Assembly (NCBI GenBank): GCA_944386675.1
Contig: CALXBY010000005.1
Location: 979-64,978 of the forward strand
DNA: 64,000 bases
Source: an uncultured Clostridia bacterium
Lineage (GTDB): Bacteria; Bacillota; Clostridia; TANB77; CAG-508
Direction: 5' to 3'
Both the position numbers and the translations under genes were made by a program. Below the pieces are notes generated by a model that saw nothing but the letters and a program-made list of their open reading frames with translations, was not told the origin of the DNA and did not search any database. This document shows, piece by piece, positions 1 through 10,671 of this stretch; the stretch's first letter is position 1, and each line of letters starts with the position of its first letter.

Positions 1-1215
1 GTTCCAAGTAGATTACATCCCGGAAAATTTTATGCATTGCCACAAGCACCTCAACAATTTAAACAATTATTAATGGTTTCTGGAATTGATAAATATTTCC
101 AAATTGCACCATGTTTCAGAGATGAAGATGCAAGAGCTGATAGAGCTCCTGGCGAATTTTATCAATTAGATATGGAAATGAGTTTTGCAACACAAGAAGA
201 TGTTTTTAACACGATAGAGCCTGTGATGTATAACACTTTTAAGACTTTTTCAGATAAAAAAATTGAAGGTTATCCATTTCCAAGAATTCCATATAAAGAA
301 GCTATGCTAAAATATGGAACAGATAAACCAGATTTAAGAAATCCTTTAGAAATCGTTGATGTGACAGATATTTTTGAACATATAGATTTGCGTGCTTTCC
401 AAGGAAAAGTTGTTAGAATTATTTCTACACATGATGTGGCTAATGAGCCAAGAAGCTTTTTCGAAGGTATGACAGATTTTGCAATAAAAGACTTAAAAGC
501 CAAAGGCCTTGCATGGCTTAGAATTTTAGATGATGGAACTTTCCAAGGGCCTATTGCTAAATTTATTCCTGATGATGCCAGAATTGAAATGTGTAAAAGA
601 ACAAATTCAAAACCTGGAGATTGTTTATTCTTTATTGCTGAAGTTCCTGGAGTTGTTGAAACTTTGGCTGGACAAATTAGAGATGAACTTGGAAAAAGAC
701 TTAGACTAATCGATAACAATGTATTTAAATTTTGTTGGATTATTGATTTTCCAATGTTTGAGCTTGATGAACATGGTAAAATTAGTTTTAGTCATAATCC
801 ATTTTCAATGCCTCAAGGTGGTTTAACAGCATTAGAAAATGAAAATCCTTTAGATGTTTTAGCCTATCAATATGATATTGTATGTAATGGGATTGAACTT
901 TCTTCTGGAGCTGTTAGAAATCATGATATCAACATTATGTTAAAAGCATTCACAATGGCTGGCTACACAGAAGAAGAAGTAAAAAATAAATTTGGTGCAT
1001 TGTATAAAGCGTTTCAATATGGTGCTCCACCACATGCTGGTATTGCACCTGGAATTGATAGAATGCTTATGTTATTATCTGATTCTGATACAATTAGAGA
1101 AGTCATTGCCTTCCCATTAAATAGTAAAGCTCAAGATTTAATGATGGGAGCGCCAAGTAATGTAAGACGTGACCAATTACGAGATGTGCATATTATGATT
1201 GATAAAAAAAATTAA
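1..1215 (+). CDS. aspS: aspartate--tRNA ligase, C-terminal part (5' end lies outside the window)
   Basis: The frame is open from base 1. Class II aaRS core motifs are present: FRDEDARADRAPGEFYQLD, GIELSSGAVRNH, GAPPHAGIAPGIDR. Confidence 0.93.
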   Translation, partial: VPSRLHPGKFYALPQAPQQFKQLLMVSGIDKYFQIAPCFRDEDARADRAPGEFYQLDMEMSFATQEDVFNTIEPVMYNTFKTFSDKKIEGYPFPRIPYKEAMLKYGTDKPDLRNPLEIVDVTDIFEHIDLRAFQGKVVRIISTHDVANEPRSFFEGMTDFAIKDLKAKGLAWLRILDDGTFQGPIAKFIPDDARIEMCKRTNSKPGDCLFFIAEVPGVVETLAGQIRDELGKRLRLIDNNVFKFCWIIDFPMFELDEHGKISFSHNPFSMPQGGLTALENENPLDVLAYQYDIVCNGIELSSGAVRNHDINIMLKAFTMAGYTEEEVKNKFGALYKAFQYGAPPHAGIAPGIDRMLMLLSDSDTIREVIAFPLNSKAQDLMMGAPSNVRRDQLRDVHIMIDKKN

Positions 1216-1232
1216 ACAATTATTTTTAATAC

Positions 1233-1287
1233 GCAAAAGCGACATATAAATCATCTAATCTTTAGATAACTTATGTGTCGCTTTTGC
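1233..1287. terminator. bidirectional hairpin between convergent aspS and hup
   Basis: GCAAAAGCGACATATAA (1233-1249) pairs with TTATGTGTCGCTTTTGC (1271-1287). Confidence 0.6.
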
Positions 1288-1323
1288 CCTTCTATTCATA
1301 TATTTATATATACATTAATTAAA

Positions 1324-1602
1324 TTATTTTTTGTTTACTAAATCTTTTAATGCTTTACCAGCTTTGAATACTGGAGCTTTTGATGCAGGTATTTTGATTT
1401 CTTCTTTAGTTTGTGGGTTTCTACCTTTTCTAGCTGCTCTTTTTCTTACTTCGAAAGATCCAAATCCAACTAATTGAACTTTATCTCCTTCTTTTAATGC
1501 ATCTGTTACAACTTCTACAAAAGCGTTTACTGAAGCTTCAGCTGCTTTTTTTGTGTCTCCTGTTTTTGCAGCCACTGCTGCGATTAATTCAGCTTTGTTC
1601 AT
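1324..1602 (-). CDS. hup: HU family DNA-binding protein
   Basis: 92 aa. MNKAELI..., [20 protein letters not shown] and [17 protein letters not shown] are a typical HU/IHF fold signature. Confidence 0.95.
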   Translation of the reverse strand: MNKAELIAAVAAKTGDTKKAAEASVNAFVEVVTDALKEGDKVQLVGFGSFEVRKRAARKGRNPQTKEEIKIPASKAPVFKAGKALKDLVNKK

Positions 1603-1722
1603 TTAAATTACCTCCTATAAGTATAATGTTATGTACTTTACTGCTTAAATAGCGCAATAAATGTACTACTATATAAAATAATTCGCCAAAAATATATAAA
1701 ATCCTTCTTTTTTTCTGAAAAT

Positions 1723-3361
1723 TTAATATATTTTTAACTTTTCTAATATCATACAAATCTTATTTCCTGATGGCAACATTTTTATTTCTTGTTTTGAGAA
1801 TACTCGTAAACTAACCACTGCCAATACATAAATAATGATTGCTGATAATATTGCTATTATTGTAGCCAATTTTTCTACAATTATTCCTAAAAGCAAAGAA
1901 TATATAAAATATGAACAAATTCCCATAATCATTGTTGCCAATATTGGTTTAATTACAAATTTTTTCATACTTAATTTTATTTTTATTGTTCTTCTTAAAG
2001 CCATAATGGATATCATAAATGCAACTACATGGCATGCCACTGATGCAATCGCCGCTCCATTAACACCTATTGAAGGTATTGGAACTAAAATTAAATTTAA
2101 AATCAATTTCACAATCACACCGGCACCCTAAGGCAATTGCTGGTACTCTAAGCTTTCCATATCCCTGTAAAATAGAATTTATTGTTTGGTCTAATATGGT
2201 AAAAATAATCGTTAATGAACTAATTTGTAATACAATTGTTCCTGAGCTTGCATTTGGATATAGTAAATTCAATATTGGTCCAGCAAATATACACATACCT
2301 ACTGTACATGGAAGTCCTATTAACATAGACATTAATAATGTAAATGTTGATTTTTGTTTTATAGATTTATAATCTTTTATTGCCTTTGCAGCTGATATAG
2401 CAGGAACTAATGCCGTCGCAAAAGCAACATTAAAAGATAGTGGTAAACTCGTTAAAGTATCTACTTTTCCTCCCAATATTCCATATTGTGTTATTGCCAT
2501 ATCTTCACTCATAAACTGTTTTAAGCTCCTTACAACTGTAAAAGAATCTATATTTTTATTTAATGAAGACATAATTGCTGTTAGCGCAATTGGTATAGAA
2601 ACTAATAAAATCTTTTTTACTATATTTCTAACTCTTTCATATTTATAATTTACAGTTTCTCTTATTTCTGAAGCAATCTCTTTTCTTCTTGTTTTATAAA
2701 ATAAATATAAATATCCAAAACCTACAAACGTTGCAAGGGTTGTTGCTAAGGTTGCTCCCCCTGCCATCCAAACAGTTGATGTATTAGAAATAATTGCTAC
2801 AATTTCTACTAATATAATTGTAAGTGTTGTTTTAAAAATTTGTTCCAAAGTCTGTGACCTTGCTGTTACCTTTAAATTTTGTCTTCCATTAAAATATCCT
2901 CTCATAACAGATGAAATAGCTACAAAAAATACTGCAGGTGATAATGCTACCATTGTCATTTCTGCATCTGGTATTTGTAACCATTGATTAGCAATCATTC
3001 CCGCTCCAAAAAAGAGCATTAAACTTCCTACTAATCCAATAACAGCAAATGTTGCAAAAGCAATTTTAAAAATTCGATAAGCACCTTTGTGGTCTCCCAC
3101 AGCTACTCTTTCTGAAACAAGTTTTGATATAGCATTTGGTACACCCGTAGAAGAAATGGTTAATAATACTGCATATATTTGATAACTTGCTGAAACAATT
3201 CCATTTCCTTGATCTCCAAATCCTTCTCTATTTGTTAAATATAAATTATATACGAGTCCAAGCAGTTTTATTAGCAATTGTGAAAATATTAATGTTACGA
3301 TTCCTTGCATAAAAGTTTCCTTTTTTCCTCTAGAAACCTTTTTTTCTGCTGTATCTGTCAT
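1723..3361 (-). pseudogene. spoVB: stage V sporulation protein B / MurJ-MOP family flippase, split by a 1-nt frame change near 2119-2129
   Basis: ORF 2060..3361 (433 aa polytopic MOP flippase) ends GYGKLRVPAIALG. The hand-read alternate frame continues AGVIVKLILNLILVPIPSIGVNGAAIASV, which is ORF 1723..2118. The junction is TTA GGG T GCC GGT. Confidence 0.8.
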
Positions 3362-3464
3362 CCAATCCCTCCTGTTTTTATATGTTTCTTTTTAATTGTA
3401 CGAATTAATTATAAATTTAATTACTAAATTATTCAATACTTTTGAATTTTTTTGTTAAAATTAT

Positions 3465-3492
3465 TGACAAATGGACTTTTTTGTATTAAAAT
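3465..3492 (+). promoter_or_regulatory. sigma-A type promoter upstream of rplM-rpsI
   Basis: TTGACA (3465-3470), 16-nt spacer, TAAAAT (3487-3492). It lies about 110 nt before the rplM ATG. The leader contains a small hairpin (AAATCT..AGATTT) that could be an r-protein leader. Confidence 0.5.
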
Positions 3493-3600
3493 TATTTAGC
3501 AATTATATTAGAATATGATTTAAATATAAAATCTCTCCCCGGTGGTTTTAGATTTAAATTTCATATAAATAAATTATAATAATAGGAGGGTATTATCATC

Positions 3601-4038
3601 ATGAATAATACAACATATAGTGCAAAAGCAAATGAAATAGAAAGTAAATGGTATATTATTGATGCAGCAAACAAACCACTTGGTAGAGTTGCTACAGAAG
3701 CTGCTTTAATTTTAAGAGGAAAACATAAACCAACATATACACCTAATATTGATATGGGTGATCATGTTATTATTCTTAATTGTAAAGATGTTATCTTAAC
3801 AGGTAACAAATTAAATCAAAAAATTTATAGACATCATTCAGGATACATTGGAGGAATGAAAGAAGTTCCTGCAAAAGTAATGCTTGAAAAAAATCCAGAA
3901 AAAGCTATGACATTAGCTATAAAAGGAATGTTACCACATACATCTTTAGGTAGAAAAATGGCTAAAAAATTAAGAGTTTATGCTGGTAGTGAACATGAAA
4001 ACCAAGCACAAAAACCAGAAGTATGGGAGGTAAAATAA
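3601..4038 (+). CDS. rplM: 50S ribosomal protein L13
   Basis: 145 aa. KWYIIDA..PLGR.A...[12 protein letters not shown] is diagnostic. GGAGG RBS upstream. Confidence 0.97.
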   Translation: MNNTTYSAKANEIESKWYIIDAANKPLGRVATEAALILRGKHKPTYTPNIDMGDHVIILNCKDVILTGNKLNQKIYRHHSGYIGGMKEVPAKVMLEKNPEKAMTLAIKGMLPHTSLGRKMAKKLRVYAGSEHENQAQKPEVWEVK

Positions 4039-4039
4039 T

Positions 4040-4441
4040 ATGGCTAAGAAAGAAAATGTAGTTTTTTATGGTACAGGTAGAAGAAAATCTTCAATTGCAA
4101 GAGTTAGACTTGTTGAAGGTAATGGAAAAATAACAATTAATGGTAAAGATATAGATGAATTCTTTGGACTAGAAACTTTAAAAGTTATCGTTAGACAACC
4201 ATTAACAGTTACAAATACAGCTTCTAAATATGATGTTATTTGTACAGTTAAAGGTGGAGGATTCACAGGACAAGCTGGAGCAATTAGACATGGTATTGCT
4301 AGAGCTTTAAATGAAGCAAATTCAGAATACAGACCTGCTTTAAAATCAAACGGATTCTTAACAAGAGATCCACGTATGAAAGAAAGAAAAAAATACGGTC
4401 TTAAGAAAGCTCGTAAAGCTCCACAATTTAGTAAAAGATAG
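4040..4441 (+). CDS. rpsI: 30S ribosomal protein S9
   Basis: 133 aa. [13 protein letters not shown] and the C-terminal [17 protein letters not shown] are present. Tightly coupled to rplM. Confidence 0.97.
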   Translation: MAKKENVVFYGTGRRKSSIARVRLVEGNGKITINGKDIDEFFGLETLKVIVRQPLTVTNTASKYDVICTVKGGGFTGQAGAIRHGIARALNEANSEYRPALKSNGFLTRDPRMKERKKYGLKKARKAPQFSKR

Positions 4442-4449
4442 AAAATATC

Positions 4450-4486
4450 AAACCTCAGAAGTTTTAAAGCTTCTGAGGTTTTTATT
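4450..4486 (+). terminator. intrinsic terminator after rpsI
   Basis: AACCTCAGAAG / CTTCTGAGGTT stem followed by a T-run. Confidence 0.8.
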
Positions 4487-4498
4487 TACATATATAAA

Positions 4499-5854
4499 TT
4501 AGTTTTTCAAGCTCTGTATTGGTGCCGGAATTTGTCCTCCTCTATTTATAAATTTAGCAGAAGAATATGTATTTACTTTCATAATTGGTCCGTGTCCAAG
4601 CAATCCACCAAAATTTAATTCTTCTCCTTCTTTTTTTCCTATTGCAGGTATAACACGCACAGCTGTTGTTTTAGAATTAATCATCCCTATTGCTGCTTCA
4701 TCAGCCATAATTGCTGAAATTGTTTCTGCTGGTGTTTCTCCTGGAATAATAATCATATCTAATCCCACACTACAAACAGCTGTCATTGCCTCTAATTTTT
4801 CTAATGTTAATGATCCACATTTAGCAGCATCTATCATTCCTGAATCTTCTGTTACTGGTATAAAAGCTCCTGAAAGTCCTCCAACCTTAGATGAAGCCAT
4901 AACTCCACCTTTTTTTACTGCATCATTTAATATTGCTAATGTTGCCGTTGTGCCATGTGTACCACACTTTTCCAATCCCATTTCTTCTAATATATGTGCT
5001 ACAGAATCACCTACTGCTGGAGTTGGCGCCAATGATAAATCTACTATACCAAAAGGCACTCCCAGTCTTTTAGAGGCTTCTGTTCCAACTAATTGCCCCA
5101 TACGTGTAATTTTAAAAGCTGTCTTTTTTATAATATCCGCTATTTCTGTTATATTTGCATCTGGCGCTTTTTCTATTGCTGCTTTTACAACTCCTGGACC
5201 AGAAACACCCACATTTATTACACACTCTGGTTCTCCTACACCGTGAAATGCTCCTGCCATAAAAGGATTATCTTCTGGTGCATTACAAAAAACTACTAAT
5301 TTAGCACTTCCCAAACAATTTCTATCAGCTGTCATCTCACTAGTTTTTTTCACAATTTGTCCCATTAATTTGCAGGCATCTAAATTAATACCAGTCTTTG
5401 TTGAACCTATATTAACAGAAGCACAAACTCTTTCAGTTTTACTAAGCGCTTCTGGTATTGATAATATTAGCTCCTCATCACCAGCACTAAATCCTTTTTG
5501 AACAAGAGCAGAATATCCTCCTATAAAGTTAACATTACAATCAATGGCCGCTTTTTCTAATGTTAACGCAAATTTTACTGGATTACCTTTTGAAGCTGCT
5601 GAAATAATTGAAATTGGTGTTACAGATATTCTTTTATTAATAATCGGTATACCATATTCTTTTTCTATCTCTTCTCCTACTTTTACTAAATTTTTTGCAT
5701 AGTTTGTTATCTTCTTATAAACTTTTTCACATGCTTTATCAATGTCTGGATCAATGCAGTCTAACAATGAAATGCCCATTGTTATCGTGCGAATATCTAA
5801 ATTTTCTTCTTGTATCATTTTTATTGTTTCTAAAATATCTCCTGTATTTATCAT
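4499..5854 (-). CDS. UPF0210 (DUF711) family protein
   Basis: 451 aa. The N-terminus [27 protein letters not shown] is typical of UPF0210. It sits downstream of the small ACT-domain partner, the usual pairing. Confidence 0.8.
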   Translation of the reverse strand: MINTGDILETIKMIQEENLDIRTITMGISLLDCIDPDIDKACEKVYKKITNYAKNLVKVGEEIEKEYGIPIINKRISVTPISIISAASKGNPVKFALTLEKAAIDCNVNFIGGYSALVQKGFSAGDEELILSIPEALSKTERVCASVNIGSTKTGINLDACKLMGQIVKKTSEMTADRNCLGSAKLVVFCNAPEDNPFMAGAFHGVGEPECVINVGVSGPGVVKAAIEKAPDANITEIADIIKKTAFKITRMGQLVGTEASKRLGVPFGIVDLSLAPTPAVGDSVAHILEEMGLEKCGTHGTTATLAILNDAVKKGGVMASSKVGGLSGAFIPVTEDSGMIDAAKCGSLTLEKLEAMTAVCSVGLDMIIIPGETPAETISAIMADEAAIGMINSKTTAVRVIPAIGKKEGEELNFGGLLGHGPIMKVNTYSSAKFINRGGQIPAPIQSLKN

Positions 5855-5869
5855 TTTTCTCCCTCATTT

Positions 5870-6139
5870 CTATATGCGATGCATTGAATTAAATATATCT
5901 TCATGCATTACGTGAATTTTAAGTTCCATTTCTTTTCCTATCTCTTCTAGTTCTCCTTTTAATATACCTATATCTTTCGAAATATGACTTATATCTATTA
6001 ACATAGTCATTGTAAAAATTTCTTGTAAAAGTGTTTGCTGAATATCCAAGATATTAGCATTATATTTAGCACATGCTGTACTAATTTTCGCAACAATTCC
6101 TACTTGATCTTTTCCTATTACTGTAATAATCGCTCTCAT
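5870..6139 (-). CDS. ACT domain protein (UPF0237 family)
   Basis: 89 aa. MRAIITVIGKDQVGIVAKIST...NANILDI is an ACT fold signature. Forms an operon with the UPF0210 gene. Confidence 0.8.
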   Translation of the reverse strand: MRAIITVIGKDQVGIVAKISTACAKYNANILDIQQTLLQEIFTMTMLIDISHISKDIGILKGELEEIGKEMELKIHVMHEDIFNSMHRI

Positions 6140-6189
6140 TTACATTCCTCCTTTTTATTTTCCTTATCGTATCATATTTTAGGAAAAAG

Positions 6190-6781
6190 TCAATTATAAT
6201 TTTGAAATCTTTTATTTACCATATTCCAATTCACAATATTCCAAAAAGCATTTATATAATTAGGTCTTTTTGTTTTATATTGTAAATAATAAGAATGTTC
6301 CCACATATCCAAAACCAGCAATGGTTTACACCCCCATAGTGTCAAATTTTGATGTTTTTCACATTGCAAAATTTCTAATTTAGACCATTTGGGAACCCAT
6401 GCTAAGATACACCAACCGTGAAGCTTCTACTGTTTTACTTGCTTCTGTAAATTGTTGTTTAAAAATTTCATAACTGCCAAAGTTTTTTATAATCTGTTTC
6501 ATAAGTTCTATATCTGGCTCTGTTGGAATAGCAGGTCCCATATTGTCAAAAAATAATTCATGTAAAATAACTCCTGAGCCAAAAAAACTTAAATCTTTTT
6601 CTAAACATTTGATATTGGTAAAATCTGCTTTTTCTCTTGCCACTCTCAATTTTTCTTCTGTATTATTTGTATTATCTACATATCCCTTATATAAAATATT
6701 ATAATGTAAATCTAATGTTTCTTTAGAATAGTATGGTTCTAAAGCATTCAATGGATATAATAATTCTTTCATCTTTAACAT
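6190..6781 (-). pseudogene. sodA: Fe/Mn superoxide dismutase, frame-shifted near 6415-6422
   Basis: ORF 6380..6781 is the SOD N-domain (LPYPLNALEPY-like, LHELFFDNM). The hand-translated other frame 6190..6420 gives HGWCILAW...PLLVLDMWEHSYYLQYKTKRPNYINAFWNIVNW, the SOD C-domain with D/H ligands. The junction is GCT TCA C GGT TGG. Confidence 0.8.
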
Positions 6782-6831
6782 AAAAAAACCTCCTAAAATA
6801 GTATATTCTATCTTAAAAGGTTATATGAATC

Positions 6832-7531
6832 CTATTCTATAAATTCAAGTGCATCATTTGTACCAATTCCTTCTATATTATAATATGTATCTGGTACTGT
6901 TCCAATAATAACATTTTCCATAATTAATACTTGATTTGTAATATCTCTTGTAATATCTTTAAATGGTGTTAGGATACTCACTTCGCACTTTACTTGTAAA
7001 TAAATTCTATGAAGGGTTTGATTAATTCCTTGTGCTTTAAATTCACTTCTTAAATCTGTTTCTACATTGCCTACAGTTGATATTCTTATTTTAATTCCAG
7101 GTCCTCTTCCAGATAGCAATTTGATTCCTGTAAAACTTCCGAAGAGCAATTTCAATGTCTTTTCTTCCTTGCTTATTAATTTCTTCTTGTATTTTAATTG
7201 CTACATCAGAAATAATTTCATTTATGGGAATGACATTTGATTTTATCATAGTAACATTTCCATTTGTGTCTTTCTCTATGGTAAATAATTCATCATAACT
7301 ATGTTCTCTCATTACATTTGTTGCTTGCTCATTTGATATAATTGTTGCTAAACTTTTAGCTTGATTTTCACATAATGTATCAAAAATAGGATTAACGGCA
7401 TCTAACATCAGTTTTCCTGATACAACAATGGCCGTGATAAAAATCATTATCATAGCCATTTTTCTTTTATTTTTTATATTTCCTAATACATTTGGAATTC
7501 GTATCTTATTTCTTGAATAAATTTTAGGCAT
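6832..7531 (-). pseudogene. yunB: sporulation protein YunB, frame-shifted near 7138-7146
   Basis: ORF 7091..7531 (N-terminal TM plus YunB N-part) ends ...KDIEIAL. ORF 6832..7155 continues FGSFTGIKLLSGRGPGIKIRISTVGNVETDL in another frame. The junction is CTT C GGA. Confidence 0.7.
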
Positions 7532-9095
7532 AATTTATCATAGAAGCCTGTTTGCTACTTACGCCTTTTTTCTTATATCTTGGTATAAATAATTTTTGCC
7601 CTGGATAGATAAGGTTTTCATTTTCTATACCATTAACTCTCGCAATATCATCAACCGTGCTTCCAAACATTTTGGCTATCTTCCATAAAGAATCATCTTT
7701 TTTTACAATATACATGATAATACTATAATCTTGTTCTTCTCGTTCCCCATTTGTTTGTACTTCATCAATTGTATTTATATTGATATTCTTATCTAACATA
7801 GTATTCATTTTCATCTGAATATTTGCTAAAACTTCTTCACCTTCTTGAATAATAAAGTCTTGATTCGCTACTTCCATATTTGTATGTATATTTAAATTTT
7901 CACAATCACCTATATTTTCAATGCTATAGTCAAAAGGAACGCTTTTTTTCTTTAACATTATTTCTAAATCTTCTCCCATAAGTATGAAACTAAGATTTAA
8001 CTCTCCATTATATGTTATTTTATCCCCCATTACATTTTGCTTTATTATATTAGGAACAATATCAACATCTACTATGTTTCTTCCTTGTAATTCTTCTAGT
8101 TTCAATCTTTCGCTAATTTCTTTTGTTTCTGTAATTTCTCTTTTTCCTGCAATTGTCCTAACTCCTTTTTTATTGAATTCAATATTTTCAGATGGACTGT
8201 ATAAATCTTGAATCATATTAATTGTTTTTTCTTCATAGGCGATTGTTGTTACACCTATTTCCATTTCAATATAAATAGAATGTTCTTCTACAGAATTTGG
8301 TTTTACAATCATATTTCGAATTTCATAATTTGTATCACATAAATTTCCTTCATTAACATCTGAGATATCCACAAATCCAATAATTGGTATAGTTGCCATT
8401 GCTTTATTTATTCTATTGTCTTCTGTTAAATATATAATTTTTACTTCTGCTTCTGCTTTTGTTAGAACTTTATTATAACTGATTTTGATATCTTTATTTC
8501 CTATTCCTACCTCTAGCTTTAAAATTTCTACTAAATTATCAATATTATCTATTGAAATATTGTCTTTTGCATATATCTTTGTTTCTCCGCTTCCTACTAA
8601 AGAATTTACAGATAATTGCTCTTGTAACATTTTTATTTCATCTGCATTTTCTAAGCTATTAACAAATGAAATTTCTTCTTCAGAAAAAATTTCGATTGTT
8701 AATTCAATTGTTGCTTTAATAGATATTTTTCGTTCATTTATCACTTTTGCTTCTATTTCCTTAATATTTGTACATATATTACTTTTCATTTCATTTGTTA
8801 TATTGGGAATGTTAATAATTTCTGACAAATCAAGGATTGTATTAATTCCTCTTGTTCTCTCTTGTGTATCATCTGTCATGTACATGATATATGTATCAAT
8901 ATTACCTTCTATTTTTATTTTTTCATCTACAATTTCTTTTTTATAAATACATACTACCCCACTTGTACAAATTATATTTAAAACATCTGGTTTGGCATCT
9001 GGGACAATTACATCTCCTTCTACAACTAGGATTTCTTTTCTAGTCGTTATTTTTTTATTTACACGCAAGTTTTCTTTAATTGTATTTACAACCAT
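7524..9095 (-). CDS. DUF3794 (SPOCS) repeat protein with C-terminal LysM domain
   Basis: 523 aa. The C-terminus YIVKKDDSLWKIAKMFGSTVDDIARVNGIENENLIYPGQKLFIP is a LysM. The N-part is typical of the clostridial DUF3794/LysM sporulation-associated family. Confidence 0.75.
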   Translation of the reverse strand: MVVNTIKENLRVNKKITTRKEILVVEGDVIVPDAKPDVLNIICTSGVVCIYKKEIVDEKIKIEGNIDTYIMYMTDDTQERTRGINTILDLSEIINIPNITNEMKSNICTNIKEIEAKVINERKISIKATIELTIEIFSEEEISFVNSLENADEIKMLQEQLSVNSLVGSGETKIYAKDNISIDNIDNLVEILKLEVGIGNKDIKISYNKVLTKAEAEVKIIYLTEDNRINKAMATIPIIGFVDISDVNEGNLCDTNYEIRNMIVKPNSVEEHSIYIEMEIGVTTIAYEEKTINMIQDLYSPSENIEFNKKGVRTIAGKREITETKEISERLKLEELQGRNIVDVDIVPNIIKQNVMGDKITYNGELNLSFILMGEDLEIMLKKKSVPFDYSIENIGDCENLNIHTNMEVANQDFIIQEGEEVLANIQMKMNTMLDKNININTIDEVQTNGEREEQDYSIIMYIVKKDDSLWKIAKMFGSTVDDIARVNGIENENLIYPGQKLFIPRYKKKGVSSKQASMINYA

Positions 9096-9277
9096 TTGTT
9101 ACCTCCTTATCTTTTTTCTTTACTTTAAATATATGAACATAATTAACAATTTATAACAATTTATATATAATATTCTTTACTATAAAAATAATATTTTTAC
9201 TTTTTAAAATAAAAAAATATCCCAAAAGGAAACGTTCCCAATTGGACAAAAAAAAGAAAACCATTTAAAGTTTTCTT

Positions 9278-9577
9278 TTATATTTCAGTTGTTTTTTTCT
9301 TTTTTAAGTTAACTGGTGGTGGTATCAATGGACTATAAGAATCTCCATCAAATACTTCAACCTCTACTGTTCTTGTTAAAACATCTGTATAACTATATGT
9401 TACATTTCTATTATTTTCCTCATATTTTACTACAAAAATATTTGGATATGCTTTTTCTATTGTAGCTTCTTTTTCAAAGGCCTTACTTCTACCTAAAGAA
9501 CCTTTTACAATTATCTTTTGCCCCACTTTCTCTAAGATGTCAGTTTTTAGATTTGCTATGTCATTTTTACAAATCAT
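9278..9577 (-). CDS. veg: Veg family protein
   Basis: 99 aa. IVKGSLGRSKAFEKEATIEKAYPNIFVVKY...YSYTDVLTRTVEV matches the Veg signature. Confidence 0.85.
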   Translation of the reverse strand: MICKNDIANLKTDILEKVGQKIIVKGSLGRSKAFEKEATIEKAYPNIFVVKYEENNRNVTYSYTDVLTRTVEVEVFDGDSYSPLIPPPVNLKKKKTTEI

Positions 9578-9751
9578 GCTATCACCTACTCCCTTAAGAT
9601 AGCTTGATTATAGCATTTTAGGGGAAAATTGTCAAAAAAAGGATGTTCTTATAATTAGCTTGAATTACCTGATTTTTAGGCATTTTTCATTACTTTTTTC
9701 TTAATATTACATTTATGTTACAATTGTATTACAAATGTATCTCGTATAAAG

Positions 9752-10558
9752 TTAGTTTATGATTTTATACATTTTTCCGTGTGCACCTATACCACTTACG
9801 CCTTTTTTTCCATCCCTCAATTCATTTTCAATATCTTCTATTGTAATATATTTATATCTTTCTGTTAAAGCTACTTTTTCAGCTACAATTAGTGGGTCTA
9901 TAAAATCTATTAAAATTCTTGCAGGTGAAGATGCAAAATTAGCTCCTGCACAAATTAATGCTTCAAAATAACTTTGACATGCTCCCGCAAATATCACTAA
10001 TTTTTTATCTGTTTCTTTATCATATTTTCTTGCTTCTTTAACAGTTTCTATAAAATATTTTGAGTTTCTATAATTATATACATCATTATATCTAGATGTT
10101 TTTTTTAGCATTCCATCATGTCCTGTTATGACTAATATATCTGGTTTATATACTTTTAATAACTTATATACTACTTTTGGTTGCTTATATTCTGGAATAT
10201 TTTTTACAATTGCATCCAAACCTAATTTTTTATAATATCGATACGACTTTTCACTATATTTTTTATCTCCATCTAAATGCAAAATTTTTCCTGTTACAAT
10301 ATATTTTTTCTTGCTTATATCTATTTGACCAATTTTATTTTCTATTCTTTTTTGTATATTTATCAAGTCTTCTTTTATTCTATCTCTATCTACTTTTTCT
10401 AAATCACTTACTTTACTATCTGCTTCTACTCTTTCTATTACTCCTATTAGAATAGCGATTTGACCATTTGTTGTATCTATAATATTTTTTACGCGAAATA
10501 GAATATCTTTATTATATGACTTTCTTCCTACTATATCTCCAATTTTTATTTTTTCCAT
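9752..10558 (-). CDS. yabG: sporulation-specific protease YabG
   Basis: 268 aa. GKILHLDGD, PDILVITGHDG and VIFAGACQSYFE are characteristic of YabG. Confidence 0.85.
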   Translation of the reverse strand: MEKIKIGDIVGRKSYNKDILFRVKNIIDTTNGQIAILIGVIERVEADSKVSDLEKVDRDRIKEDLINIQKRIENKIGQIDISKKKYIVTGKILHLDGDKKYSEKSYRYYKKLGLDAIVKNIPEYKQPKVVYKLLKVYKPDILVITGHDGMLKKTSRYNDVYNYRNSKYFIETVKEARKYDKETDKKLVIFAGACQSYFEALICAGANFASSPARILIDFIDPLIVAEKVALTERYKYITIEDIENELRDGKKGVSGIGAHGKMYKIIN

Positions 10559-10671
10559 ATGAATACCACCTTAAAAGTTAAGCTATTATATTCTATGTCG
10601 ATTTTTGTAAATTGGTGATATCTTTATTATCCAATAATGGATTTTAATTCTAAATCTTTACTTGCCTTATT

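Noticed and set aside
3530-3600. An L13 ribosomal-protein leader RNA upstream of rplM.
   Set aside because: A small hairpin (AAATCT ... AGATTT around CCCCGGTGG) exists. I cannot recall the Rfam consensus well enough to assert a match, so I mention it only under the promoter feature.
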